From positions 9,263-73,262 of the forward strand of contig JAGBAK010000130.1 of assembly GCA_017938985.1 (NCBI GenBank): a stretch of 64,000 nucleotides of DNA, read 5' to 3'. This stretch comes from Clostridia bacterium (GTDB lineage Bacteria; Bacillota; Clostridia; Oscillospirales; Acutalibacteraceae). This document shows positions 9,588-18,036 of this stretch, one piece after another. Below the pieces are notes generated by a model. It did no database searches, had not been told where the DNA came from, and was given only the letters and a program-made list of their open reading frames with translations. Position numbers and translations under genes: made by a program. Each line of letters begins with the position of its first letter. Position 1 is the stretch's first letter.

Positions 9588-11999
9588 ATGAGCAAAAAAA
9601 TTACCCAGGCAGAACTCAAAGAAATGATTTCAGGCAAGCTGTCTCATCTTTTCGGCGTTTCCACAAAGGATGCCACAAATGAACAGTATTACAGAGTTCT
9701 TTCAACAATTGCAAGGGATATGGTCAGAGATTCAAGAAGAGCCTTTGATGCAAAATCTCTTGAAGCAGGTCAGAAAAAGGTTTATTACCTTTGCATGGAG
9801 TTTCTTATGGGCAGAAGCCTTAAGAACACACTTTATAACCTTAATCTCACCGATACTGCAAGAGCAGTGCTCAAAAGCTACGGCGTGAGCCTTGATAAGC
9901 TCTATGACTGCGAGCCCGATGCGGGTCTGGGCAACGGCGGTCTTGGCAGACTTGCAGCTTGCTACCTTGATGCGCTTGCAAATCAGGGTTACAGAGGTAT
10001 GGGATATTCAATTCTTTATGAATACGGTATTTTCAAGCAGAAAATCATTGACGGCTGGCAGACCGAGATGCCCGATTTCTGGCTTCCCGGCGGCGAAGTA
10101 TGGCTTGTTCCCAGAGAGGATAAGACTGTTCTTGTTAAGTTTGAGGGTACTGTTGAGGATTCGTGGGACGAACATTATCACCACGTTGAACTCAAAAATT
10201 GCAAAACGGTTAAGGCAGTTCCCTATGATATGATGGTTGCGGGCAAAGACGGCAAAAGCGCCGCTGTTCTGCGCCTTTGGTCGGCAAAGGTTGACGGCAT
10301 TGATATGGCAATGTTCAACCAGGGCGATTATATGCACGCTATGGAAGAAAAAGCTATGGCAGAGGTTATCAGCAAGGTGCTTTATCCTGCAGACAACCAT
10401 CAGGAGGGCAAGAGCCTTCGCCTTCGTCAGCAGTATTTCCTTGTTTCGGCATCCATTCAGGATATCGTTGCAAGACACCTGAGAGATTACGGCTCACTTG
10501 ATAATTTTGCAGAGATGAACGCAATCCATATCAACGATACTCACCCCACGATGGCAATTCCCGAGCTGATGAGAATTATGCTTGACGAATGCGGTTACGG
10601 ATGGGACGATGCTTTTGCAATTGTTGAAAAGGTTTGCGCTTACACCAACCATACCGTTATGGCGGAAGCGCTTGAATGCTGGGGCGAGGACCTCTTTAAG
10701 CGTCTGCTGCCCAGAATTTATCAGATTGTTAAAGAAATTGATAACCGCTTCAGAAGAAAGGTCTGGGAAGCAACAGGCGATGCAGGCAGAGTTGAAAGAA
10801 TGGCAATCGTTTCAAACGGTGCCGTCAAAATGGCTAATCTCTGCGTTGCAGGCTGCCACAAGGTAAACGGTGTTTCCGCTCTTCACAGCCAGATTCTCAA
10901 GGATACAATCTTCAACGAATTCTATACCCTTGAACCCGAAAAATTCACAAACGTCACCAACGGTATTGCTCACAGACGTTGGCTTTGCCAGGCTAACCCC
11001 AAGCTCACAAGCCTGCTGACCGAGCTTATCGGCGACGGATTTATTTATAATGGCGCAGAGCTTATCAAGCTGCGTGAATATGCCGATGACAAGGCTGTTC
11101 TTGACAAGCTCGGCGAAATCAAGCTTGCAAACAAAGAAAACTTTGCAAAAATCGTTAAAGACAAAACAGGTATCAGCCTTGACCCCACGTCCGTGTTTGA
11201 CGTTCAGGTAAAGCGTCTGCACGAATATAAGCGTCAGCATCTGAACGCTTTCAATATTCTTGCAAAATACCTTGAAATAAAGGCTAACCCCAACGGCGAT
11301 TTCACGCCCCATACCTATATCTTCGGTGCAAAGGCGGCTCCCGGCTACTATATGGCAAAGAAGATTATCGAATTCATCTGCGCTCTTGCAGACCTTATCA
11401 ACAATGACCCTGACGTCAGAGGCAGACTCAAGGTTGTTTATATGGAAGATTATAACGTTACAATGGCTGAGGCTCTTATGCCTGCGGCTGACATCAGCGA
11501 GCAGATTTCTCTTGCCGGCACCGAAGCAAGCGGTACGGGCAATATGAAGCTGATGATGAACGGCGCAATCACACTCGGTACAATGGACGGCGCAAACGTT
11601 GAAATTTATGAGGCCGTAGGTCCCGAAAACATTATCATTTTCGGCATGAACACCAGGGAAGTAACAGAACTGCGCAGAAGCGGTTACGTTCCGATGAATT
11701 ACTATAACAACAATGCCGAAATCCACAATGTAATCGAATTTATCAACAAGGGTATCGGCGGCAAGACGTTCAGCGAAATCAGCAACACAACCATTTATCA
11801 CGACCCCTATATGTCACTTGCTGACTTTGCAGATTACAGAAACAAGCAGAAGCTTGCAGTTGAACTCCGCAAGGATGCCGACAAGTGGAACAGAATGTCA
11901 CTTATGAATATCTCGGGTGCAGGTGTGTTTGCGGCTGACCGCTCAATCAACGATTATGCCCGTGATATCTGGCACGTTGAGCCTCTGAAGCTTCGCTGA
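9588..11999 (+). CDS. glgP: Glycogen/starch phosphorylase
   Basis: GLGNGGLGRLAAC, NDTHP, KRLHEYKRQ and the PLP-lysine motif EASGTGNMK. Confidence 0.97.
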   Translation: MSKKITQAELKEMISGKLSHLFGVSTKDATNEQYYRVLSTIARDMVRDSRRAFDAKSLEAGQKKVYYLCMEFLMGRSLKNTLYNLNLTDTARAVLKSYGVSLDKLYDCEPDAGLGNGGLGRLAACYLDALANQGYRGMGYSILYEYGIFKQKIIDGWQTEMPDFWLPGGEVWLVPREDKTVLVKFEGTVEDSWDEHYHHVELKNCKTVKAVPYDMMVAGKDGKSAAVLRLWSAKVDGIDMAMFNQGDYMHAMEEKAMAEVISKVLYPADNHQEGKSLRLRQQYFLVSASIQDIVARHLRDYGSLDNFAEMNAIHINDTHPTMAIPELMRIMLDECGYGWDDAFAIVEKVCAYTNHTVMAEALECWGEDLFKRLLPRIYQIVKEIDNRFRRKVWEATGDAGRVERMAIVSNGAVKMANLCVAGCHKVNGVSALHSQILKDTIFNEFYTLEPEKFTNVTNGIAHRRWLCQANPKLTSLLTELIGDGFIYNGAELIKLREYADDKAVLDKLGEIKLANKENFAKIVKDKTGISLDPTSVFDVQVKRLHEYKRQHLNAFNILAKYLEIKANPNGDFTPHTYIFGAKAAPGYYMAKKIIEFICALADLINNDPDVRGRLKVVYMEDYNVTMAEALMPAADISEQISLAGTEASGTGNMKLMMNGAITLGTMDGANVEIYEAVGPENIIIFGMNTREVTELRRSGYVPMNYYNNNAEIHNVIEFINKGIGGKTFSEISNTTIYHDPYMSLADFADYRNKQKLAVELRKDADKWNRMSLMNISGAGVFAADRSINDYARDIWHVEPLKLR

Positions 12000-12001
12000 T
12001 T

Positions 12002-12463
12002 ATGACTGACCGTGAATTTATGAATCTGGCAATCGAACAGGCAAAAATTTCGGCTTCGGAGCTGGAAGTGCCCGTCGGTGCGGTCATTGTCCGCAACGGC
12101 GAGGTGGTTTCGGTTGGGCGTAACCGCCGTGAAATCGGCAAAAACGCCCTTGCCCACGCCGAAATTGAAGCCATTGACCTTGCCTGCAAAAAGCTGGGCG
12201 GCTGGCGGCTCTGGGAATGTGAAATGTTCGTCACCCTTGAGCCTTGCCCGATGTGTACGGGTGCAATTATCAACTCTCGTATCCGCCGCCTTGTTTTTGG
12301 TGCAAGTGATTACAAGGCAGGCTCGTGCGGTTCGGTTGTTAACCTGTTTGATTTGCCCTATAACCATAAACCCGAGGTTGTTGAAGGCTTTATGCAGGAA
12401 GAATGCTCCGCTATGCTGACGGAATTTTTTGCCGATTTAAGAAAGCGTAAAAATGAAAAATAA
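12002..12463 (+). CDS. tadA: tRNA adenosine(34) deaminase
   Basis: EVPVGAVIV, AHAE and TLEPCPMC motifs. Confidence 0.93.
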   Translation: MTDREFMNLAIEQAKISASELEVPVGAVIVRNGEVVSVGRNRREIGKNALAHAEIEAIDLACKKLGGWRLWECEMFVTLEPCPMCTGAIINSRIRRLVFGASDYKAGSCGSVVNLFDLPYNHKPEVVEGFMQEECSAMLTEFFADLRKRKNEK

Positions 12464-12839
12464 GATTAAGCTTACATATTTTCTGGTTTTTACTATTCTT
12501 TTGGTAACCGAAATTCTCACTGCTCTTTTTGTGCATGACGGCTTTGTGCGCCCATATATCGGCGACATTCTTGTTGTGGGAGTTATCTGCGCTTTTCTCA
12601 GGCTTTTTGTTCCTGAAAAAATAAGGGTTCTTCCGATTCTGACTTCTGTCTTTGCTGCTGGGATTGAGCTTTTGCAGCTTTTTGATTTTGTTGATGTTAT
12701 CGGACTGTCGGGCAGCCGCTTTTTCAGCATTCTTCTCGGCAGAACCTTTGATATCAAGGATATTATTTGTTATGTTATCGGCGGTCTGATTTTCTTTGCC
12801 GCTGAAAATCTTGCAAGGAGGAAAACCGATGAATTTTGA
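12453..12839 (+). CDS. DUF2809-family membrane protein
   Basis: FVRPYIGDILVV, IELLQ and LLGRTFDIKDI motifs. Confidence 0.75.
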   Translation: MKNKIKLTYFLVFTILLVTEILTALFVHDGFVRPYIGDILVVGVICAFLRLFVPEKIRVLPILTSVFAAGIELLQLFDFVDVIGLSGSRFFSILLGRTFDIKDIICYVIGGLIFFAAENLARRKTDEF

Positions 12840-13485
12840 AAAAATACTCTTTGCTATTGAAATAACGGGTACAATCGCATTTGCTATAACGGGCGTTATA
12901 ACTGCGGTTGAAAAAAAGCTTGATATTCTCGGCGCAATCGTTCTCGGAACGGTTACTGCCGTCGGCGGAGGTATTCTGCGAGACATTATGCTCGGTTATC
13001 TGCCGCCCATGGCTTTCAGAAACCCCGTTTATGCGCTCACGGCAATTGCAACGTCAGTTGTGGTTTTTGTTATTGCATTTCTCGTCGGCAAAAAAATCGT
13101 CAAGCATTTTGAGGTGTATTCGCAGGTAATCAATTTTTTTGATTCGCTCGGCCTTGCCGTTTTTGTTGTGACGGGTGTTAATACTGCGGCAGCGTGCGGC
13201 TTTGGCGAAAACGCATTTCTTTCAATCTTTGTTGCCGTGCTCACAGGCGTCGGCGGCGGTGTGATGCGTGATATTCTTGCGGGCAGAGTGCCCAAAATTC
13301 TTCGCAGAAGAGTTTACGCTCTTGCCGCAATTCTCGGTGCAATTATCTATTATTACTTACTTGAATTCAATGTTTTTCCGCAAACGGTTTCAATGCTTAT
13401 CGGAGCAGGCTCGGTTCTGATTATCAGAATCCTTGCAACAATATTCCACTGGAATCTGCCCACAATAAAGAACATAGAAGAATAA
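12829..13485 (+). CDS. Trimeric intracellular cation channel (TRIC/YadS) family membrane protein
   Basis: Duplicated GGG(I/V)(L/M)RD motifs. RBS AGGAGG before the ATG at 12829. Confidence 0.88.
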   Translation: MNFEKILFAIEITGTIAFAITGVITAVEKKLDILGAIVLGTVTAVGGGILRDIMLGYLPPMAFRNPVYALTAIATSVVVFVIAFLVGKKIVKHFEVYSQVINFFDSLGLAVFVVTGVNTAAACGFGENAFLSIFVAVLTGVGGGVMRDILAGRVPKILRRRVYALAAILGAIIYYYLLEFNVFPQTVSMLIGAGSVLIIRILATIFHWNLPTIKNIEE

Positions 13486-13530
13486 AAAATCCGCTGATTC
13501 CCGAAAAGGAACCAGCGGTAATTTTTTTAT
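13486..13530. terminator. Bidirectional terminator ending the TRIC gene and the aminotransferase-transketolase operon
   Basis: CCGCTGaTTCC/GGAAcCAGCGG stem flanked by A and T runs. Confidence 0.7.
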
Positions 13531-13536
13531 GTTTTA

Positions 13537-14346
13537 TCAGCCCTGTGCGTAGTCGCCGACCATCATCATATATGCGCCGATCTGTGCGCCGAATTCAGGT
13601 GCGCCGTCCATAATGAGCTGACCGCCCTTTGTGAATTCAAGCATATCTGCAGTACCCATAAGAATACCGAGTGCACTGTCAAGGGAGTCAAAGCGCATTG
13701 TGAAGAAGGGAAGAGCGCGCTTGTAAGTGCCTCTGCCTGCCTTCGATTTGCCTGCCTTGATGCGGATATATGCTGAAATTTCGGGGTAGCCGTTAACTGC
13801 CCATGCATAAACTCTGTCGGGGCTCTTAAGAGTCCAGCCGTGAATTTCTTCGTGACCCTGCTTGTTGAGTGTGCTGATACCGCTTGAAAGCAGATAGAAA
13901 TAGCACTTAACAAGGAGCTTCTTTGTTTCTTCGTCTGCAGGGGGTTCTTTTGCAGTAAGAAGCGATGACATTTTGAGAAGAGTCATCATAAATGCAGCAA
14001 AAACTGCAGGCTTCTTTGCAATACCCTTCATTGCAGGAAGAGTTGCGGGACCGATTTTTCCTTTGAAGAATGCGTTCATTGTTTCAATGCTCTTGAATTC
14101 AAGTTCAATGTGAGCATTTGTTGCAACCTTATCGGTGTGGCAAATCCATTCGCCGCTGTTAACAACAAAATGTGTTGAAAACTTTCCGTTGGGAGCGTCG
14201 GGGTCTTTTGCGCTTACCTGGATAACTGCGTGAGCGTGCTCAAACTTTTTGGCAAGCTTGGGGTCATCCATAGCAATTGTTTTGATAAGGGGAAGAACGG
14301 CACAAAGGAAAATTTTATTGGTTAAAAATTCTTCTCTCGAAGCCAT
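13537..14346 (-). CDS. Hypothetical protein with two predicted SCP2-like (sterol-carrier/lipid-binding) domains
   Basis: Two repeats of a beta-strand-rich unit followed by the pattern (L/M)xFxS-helix-G; the second ends GQLIMDG plus a helix, as in SCP2 folds. RBS GAAAGGA 9 nt before the ATG at 14346. The fold call is by eye. Confidence 0.55.
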   Translation of the reverse strand: MASREEFLTNKIFLCAVLPLIKTIAMDDPKLAKKFEHAHAVIQVSAKDPDAPNGKFSTHFVVNSGEWICHTDKVATNAHIELEFKSIETMNAFFKGKIGPATLPAMKGIAKKPAVFAAFMMTLLKMSSLLTAKEPPADEETKKLLVKCYFYLLSSGISTLNKQGHEEIHGWTLKSPDRVYAWAVNGYPEISAYIRIKAGKSKAGRGTYKRALPFFTMRFDSLDSALGILMGTADMLEFTKGGQLIMDGAPEFGAQIGAYMMMVGDYAQG

Positions 14347-14392
14347 ATAAATCATTCCTTTCGAAAACTAATAATGCGGATTCTGTTATTAA

Positions 14393-14563
14393 TCAGAACG
14401 CTGCAAGGATTTGCTCCAACAAACCTGAAAGTCCTTCAACAGCCTGAGGAATAAGATCCAGATACATTTTTATGAATAGTGAAAGACTTTCAAAATCACC
14501 AATCATAATAAATTCAAATATCTGCAGAATTGTTGCCAAAGTCAGCATCGTTGTAAATCCCAT
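14393..14563 (-). CDS. 56-aa hydrophobic small protein (not in the ORF track)
   Basis: GGAGG RBS then ATG at 14563; MGFTTMLTLATILQIFEFIMIGDFESLSLFIKMYLDLIPQAVEGLSGLLEQILAAF, TGA at 14393-14395. Co-oriented inside the operon. Confidence 0.7.
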   Translation of the reverse strand: MGFTTMLTLATILQIFEFIMIGDFESLSLFIKMYLDLIPQAVEGLSGLLEQILAAF

Positions 14564-14603
14564 AATTTTACCTCCGTTTCAGAAAGAACAAAATCCGATT
14601 TTT

Positions 14604-14690
14604 ATGATTTGAGATTAGTTTCGCTTTCGCAGAGAGGGAAGTGTATTTTTATACACGACCGAACGAGAAAGTAAAAATAGCTCAAATTAT
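14604..14690. repeat. REP-like long hairpin with GAA/GA internal-loop core
   Basis: ATGATTTGAG...CTCAAATTAT outer stem; core GG-GAA-GTGTAT-TTTT-ATACAC-GA-CC. A similar core is at 35306-35338. Confidence 0.5.
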
Positions 14691-15697
14691 GCTTCGTCGT
14701 CCCAGTCGTCGTCAAGCTCGAAGTCCTTACCCATAACCTCGCGAACTGCGTCAATGATGCCGTTCTGGTCAATGCCGAGAGCCGACATAATGTCTTCGTG
14801 CAGACCGATGGGTGCAAACTTGTCGGGGATACCGAGCTGCTTGAATGCGCAGCCCTTACCTGCTTCAACAATAACCTCTGCAACAGCACTGCCGAGACCG
14901 CCGATAACGTTGTGGTCTTCAACCGTGATGATGCGGCGGGTGTCCATAACAGCCTTGATGATGGCTTCCTTGTCGATGGGCTTGATGGTGTGCATATTGA
15001 GAACTCTTACCTTAAGACCGTCGTTTGTTTCAAGGAACTTTGCTGCCTGATATGCCTGGAATACGCAGGAACCGCAAGCGATAACCGTGATGTCGGAACC
15101 TTCATTGATTGTAACAGCCTTACCAACTTCAAAGCCGTAATCGCTGTTCTCATAAAGAACACGGTCAAAGCCTCTGTTGATGCGGATGTAGTAAGGACCG
15201 AAGTTATCATATGCAGCGTGAACTGCGTTGTAAGTTTCAAGACCGTCTGCAGGGCAGATAACTGTCAGGTTGGGGATTGAGCGGCAAACTGCAAGGTCGC
15301 AGATTGCGTGGTGAGTTGAACCTGCCTGACCGAATGACGTACCTGCGTGGGTAGCAATAACCTTTGCATTGATGTTCTGGTAGCAGATGTCTGTATGAAG
15401 CTGGTCAGCACTTCTGAGAGAAGCGAAAACTGAGAAGGTTGAAAGGAAGGGAACAAGGCCTGCCTTTGCCATACCTGCGGCAACGCCGAACATATTCTGT
15501 TCTGCGATACCGACGTTAAAGAATCTGTCGGGGAATTTTTCGCCGAACATACCGATTTTTGTTGATTTACCAAGGTCAGCTGTAAGAGCTACAACCTCGG
15601 GATGCTTTTCGCCGAGCTCGCAGAGAGCCTTACCGTAAATTTCAGCAGTTGAAAAAGCGGTTGATTCTGCAGCTGTGTAGGTTAATCCTCCTGCCAT
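14687..15697 (-). CDS. Split transketolase, C-terminal (pyrimidine-binding) subunit with atypical substrate-site residues
   Basis: TADLGKST, NVGIAEQ, THAG...GQAGSTHH (canonical GEDGPTHQ), YIRINR, TVEDH and GGLGSAVAE. Confidence 0.9.
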   Translation of the reverse strand: MAGGLTYTAAESTAFSTAEIYGKALCELGEKHPEVVALTADLGKSTKIGMFGEKFPDRFFNVGIAEQNMFGVAAGMAKAGLVPFLSTFSVFASLRSADQLHTDICYQNINAKVIATHAGTSFGQAGSTHHAICDLAVCRSIPNLTVICPADGLETYNAVHAAYDNFGPYYIRINRGFDRVLYENSDYGFEVGKAVTINEGSDITVIACGSCVFQAYQAAKFLETNDGLKVRVLNMHTIKPIDKEAIIKAVMDTRRIITVEDHNVIGGLGSAVAEVIVEAGKGCAFKQLGIPDKFAPIGLHEDIMSALGIDQNGIIDAVREVMGKDFELDDDWDDEA

Positions 15698-15699
15698 GA

Positions 15700-16572
15700 T
15701 CAGATGCCCTCCTTTTCTGCGCGAGCTACGCGCTTAGCATAGTGTTTTTCAAGACTTGCTTTTGCAATCTCATATTTTTCTTCGTTGATAGCACCGTAAT
15801 GCCACATGAAGTTGTCTTCCATAAAGTCAACGCCTTCGCCTTTGATGGTGTCAGCGATAATCATAACGGGCTTGCCGCTCTTGTTTTCAAGAGCAAAGTC
15901 AATAGCTTCTGCAAGCTCATTGAAGTTGTGGCCGTTAACAACCTTAACAATGAAGCCGAAAGCTTCCCACTTGTCTGCAAGGGGTTCAAGAGCCATAACG
16001 TCTTCTGTTCTGCCGTCGATCATGCACTTGTTGCGGTCAACGAAAGAGATGAGGTTATCTACCTTGAAGTGAGCGGCTGCCATAGCAGCTTCCCAGTTTG
16101 AACCTTCGTCAAGTTCACCGTCGCCCATGATGCAGAATGTCTTATAATCCTTGCCCAGAACTCTTGCTGCAAGAGCTGTGCCCAGAGCGATGGGAAGTCC
16201 GTGACCGAGCGAACCTGTTGAAGCGTCAACGCCCTTAACCTTGTTGGAGTCAAGGTGGATACCCATTGTTGAGTTGCTCAGGTTGAAGGTCTTGAGCTTT
16301 TCTTTATCGTCAAAACCAACGTGGCAAACAAGGCTTGCAAGAGCAACGCCTGCGTGACCCTTGCTGAGAATGAAGCGGTCTCTGTCTTCCCAGTTGGGGT
16401 CTTCAACCTTGTAGTTCATATACTTGTAGTAGAGAATGGTGAGCATATCCATAACGCTCATGCCGCCGCCGATGTGAGCACTGCCTGCCCAGAACGTGGT
16501 GTCAAGGCAAAGCTTGCGCAGCTCATAAGCCTGTTCTTCAAGAGCTAACCATTCCTGTTTTGTTAATGCCAT
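15700..16572 (-). CDS. Split transketolase, N-terminal (ThDP-binding) subunit
   Basis: SAHIGG, DRFILSKGH, STGSLGHG, GDGELDEG...DRN ThDP motif, TIKG and WH. Confidence 0.92.
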   Translation of the reverse strand: MALTKQEWLALEEQAYELRKLCLDTTFWAGSAHIGGGMSVMDMLTILYYKYMNYKVEDPNWEDRDRFILSKGHAGVALASLVCHVGFDDKEKLKTFNLSNSTMGIHLDSNKVKGVDASTGSLGHGLPIALGTALAARVLGKDYKTFCIMGDGELDEGSNWEAAMAAAHFKVDNLISFVDRNKCMIDGRTEDVMALEPLADKWEAFGFIVKVVNGHNFNELAEAIDFALENKSGKPVMIIADTIKGEGVDFMEDNFMWHYGAINEEKYEIAKASLEKHYAKRVARAEKEGI

Positions 16573-16628
16573 AGGAATATTCCTCCTTTATAATGTTTAT
16601 AATTGAGCGGCAAACACCGCACGTTTAC

Positions 16629-16750
16629 AGTGAAGATTTAAGAGTGAACAGTGAATAGTTTCGGATAGGCTTCGCCTATGACCGATTATATTTTTTGGTG
16701 TGGGCAACGCCCACCCATAACTATTCAATTTTCACTATTCATTATTCACT
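16629..16750. repeat. Intergenic element: inverted arms of 7-bp tandem repeats (AGTGAAN-like) enclosing two hairpins
   Basis: Left arm AGTGAAG ATTTAAG AGTGAAC AGTGAAT AGTT; right arm (reverse complement) AGTGAAT AATGAAT AGTGAAA ATTGAAT AGTT. Inner hairpins ATAGGC-TTC-GCCTAT and GTGGGC-AAC-GCCCAC. Confidence 0.75.
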
Positions 16751-16758
16751 TGAATTGA

Positions 16759-18021
16759 TTAACCGAGTTCGGGGTGGTTTTTGCGGACTGCCTTGAAAGC
16801 ATCTTCAGCAACTTCGATTGTGAACTTGATATCCTCGTCGGAAAGTGATGCGTTGATGAAGTGGTTGTGGTGGTTGGTCATATAAACGCCTCTCTTAACA
16901 ACCTCTGCAATCCATTCCTGATGAAGCATAAGCGAGTTATCGTCTTTAAGCATAAGATAGAAGAGTGCGGGTTCGCCCGAAACGCTAAGGTTGAAGCCGT
17001 TGTTTGCGGCAGCAGCCTTAAGGCCCTCTGTGAGCATTGTACCTTTTTCGAGGCAAAGCTTGGGCAGGTCAATTTCTTTCATCTTGTTGATGCAGGCGAT
17101 AGCTGCAGCAAAGGGAACGGCGCTCATCCAATAGCTGCCTGTGTATGAAAGGCCGCTTATTGCGCTCTTGAGCCAATCCTTACCGCAGAGTGCGGAAACG
17201 TTCCAGCCGTTTGCAAGAGCTTTGCAGAAGCAGATGAGGTCAGCTTCAAAGCCGTAGTGATGGTCTGAGCCTGCAAGGTCAAGTCTGAAACCGCAGCGAA
17301 CGTCGTCAACAATAAGAACGATGCCCTTTTCCGTGCAGAGCTTGCGAACCTTCTGCCAATAGCCTTCTGCGGGAAGAATGTTATCAATAAAGTTGCCGTG
17401 CATATAGGGGGTTGAAATGAAAGCTGCAATTTCGCCTTCGTTTTCGGCAACTATTCTTTCAAGGTCTTCAAAGTTGTTCCATTCAACGTAAAGGTTGTTT
17501 GCAACGTCTTCGGGAATAACGCCGGGGTAGTCAACCTTCTGGCACCAGGGAGCAACACCGTGGTAATAACCCTTAACGAAGATAATCTTCTTTTTGTGGG
17601 TTGCGGCTCTTGCTGTCATAATGGCGGCTGTGGTTGTATCGCCGCCGTTCTTTGCAAAGAATGCCCAGTCAGCCGAAGCGACGGTGTCAACCATAAGCTC
17701 TGCAAACTCAATGATTTTTGTTGAAGGAGCTGTAACGCAGTTTTCAATCTTCATCTGCTCCATAACAGCCTTGTCAACGTCGGGGTCGTTATAGCCGAGA
17801 ACGTTGGGGCCGTAAGCACACATATAGTCTATGTATTTGTTGCCGTCAACATCCCAGAAATATGAGCCCTGAGCTTTCTGGCTGAAAAGGGGGAAAGCCG
17901 AAACGGGAATGCAGCAGCCTTCTGCAGGACCCTGATGTCCGTAAAGACCCGAGGGAATTACTTTTGCGGCTCTTTGAAAGAGCTCGGCGCTTTTTGTGTG
18001 TGTATTAATTTTCATACTCAT
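16759..18021 (-). CDS. Class III PLP aminotransferase, FumI (aminopentol aminotransferase)-like
   Basis: IPSGLYGH, YIDYMCAYGPNVLGY, ADWAFFAKNGGD, YHG, VDDVRCGFR, PLP-Lys FCKALANG and TGSYWMSAVP. Lacks the HemL motifs GGVNSPVR and GTLSGNP. Confidence 0.85.
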   Translation of the reverse strand: MSMKINTHTKSAELFQRAAKVIPSGLYGHQGPAEGCCIPVSAFPLFSQKAQGSYFWDVDGNKYIDYMCAYGPNVLGYNDPDVDKAVMEQMKIENCVTAPSTKIIEFAELMVDTVASADWAFFAKNGGDTTTAAIMTARAATHKKKIIFVKGYYHGVAPWCQKVDYPGVIPEDVANNLYVEWNNFEDLERIVAENEGEIAAFISTPYMHGNFIDNILPAEGYWQKVRKLCTEKGIVLIVDDVRCGFRLDLAGSDHHYGFEADLICFCKALANGWNVSALCGKDWLKSAISGLSYTGSYWMSAVPFAAAIACINKMKEIDLPKLCLEKGTMLTEGLKAAAANNGFNLSVSGEPALFYLMLKDDNSLMLHQEWIAEVVKRGVYMTNHHNHFINASLSDEDIKFTIEVAEDAFKAVRKNHPELG

Positions 18022-18036
18022 GTTCTCTTTACCTCC

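Noticed and set aside
10812-11801. 329-aa antisense ORF within glgP, and similar shadow ORFs opposite mfd, ddh, melA, hom and rplA
   Set aside because: They lie fully antisense to well-supported genes, have no RBS or recognisable motifs, and are expected from codon bias.
14687-16572. Ordinary pentose-phosphate transketolase or DXP synthase
   Set aside because: The key substrate residues (D469 and R358 equivalents) are altered and the context lacks sugar-phosphate genes. Not formally excluded without an assay.
16629-16750. CRISPR array
   Set aside because: The units are 7-bp tandem and inverted, with no spacers and no cas genes.
16759-18021. hemL (glutamate-1-semialdehyde aminomutase) call
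   Set aside because: It lacks the GGVNSPVR and GTLSGNP motifs, no tetrapyrrole genes are nearby, and the motifs fit the FumI-like clade better.
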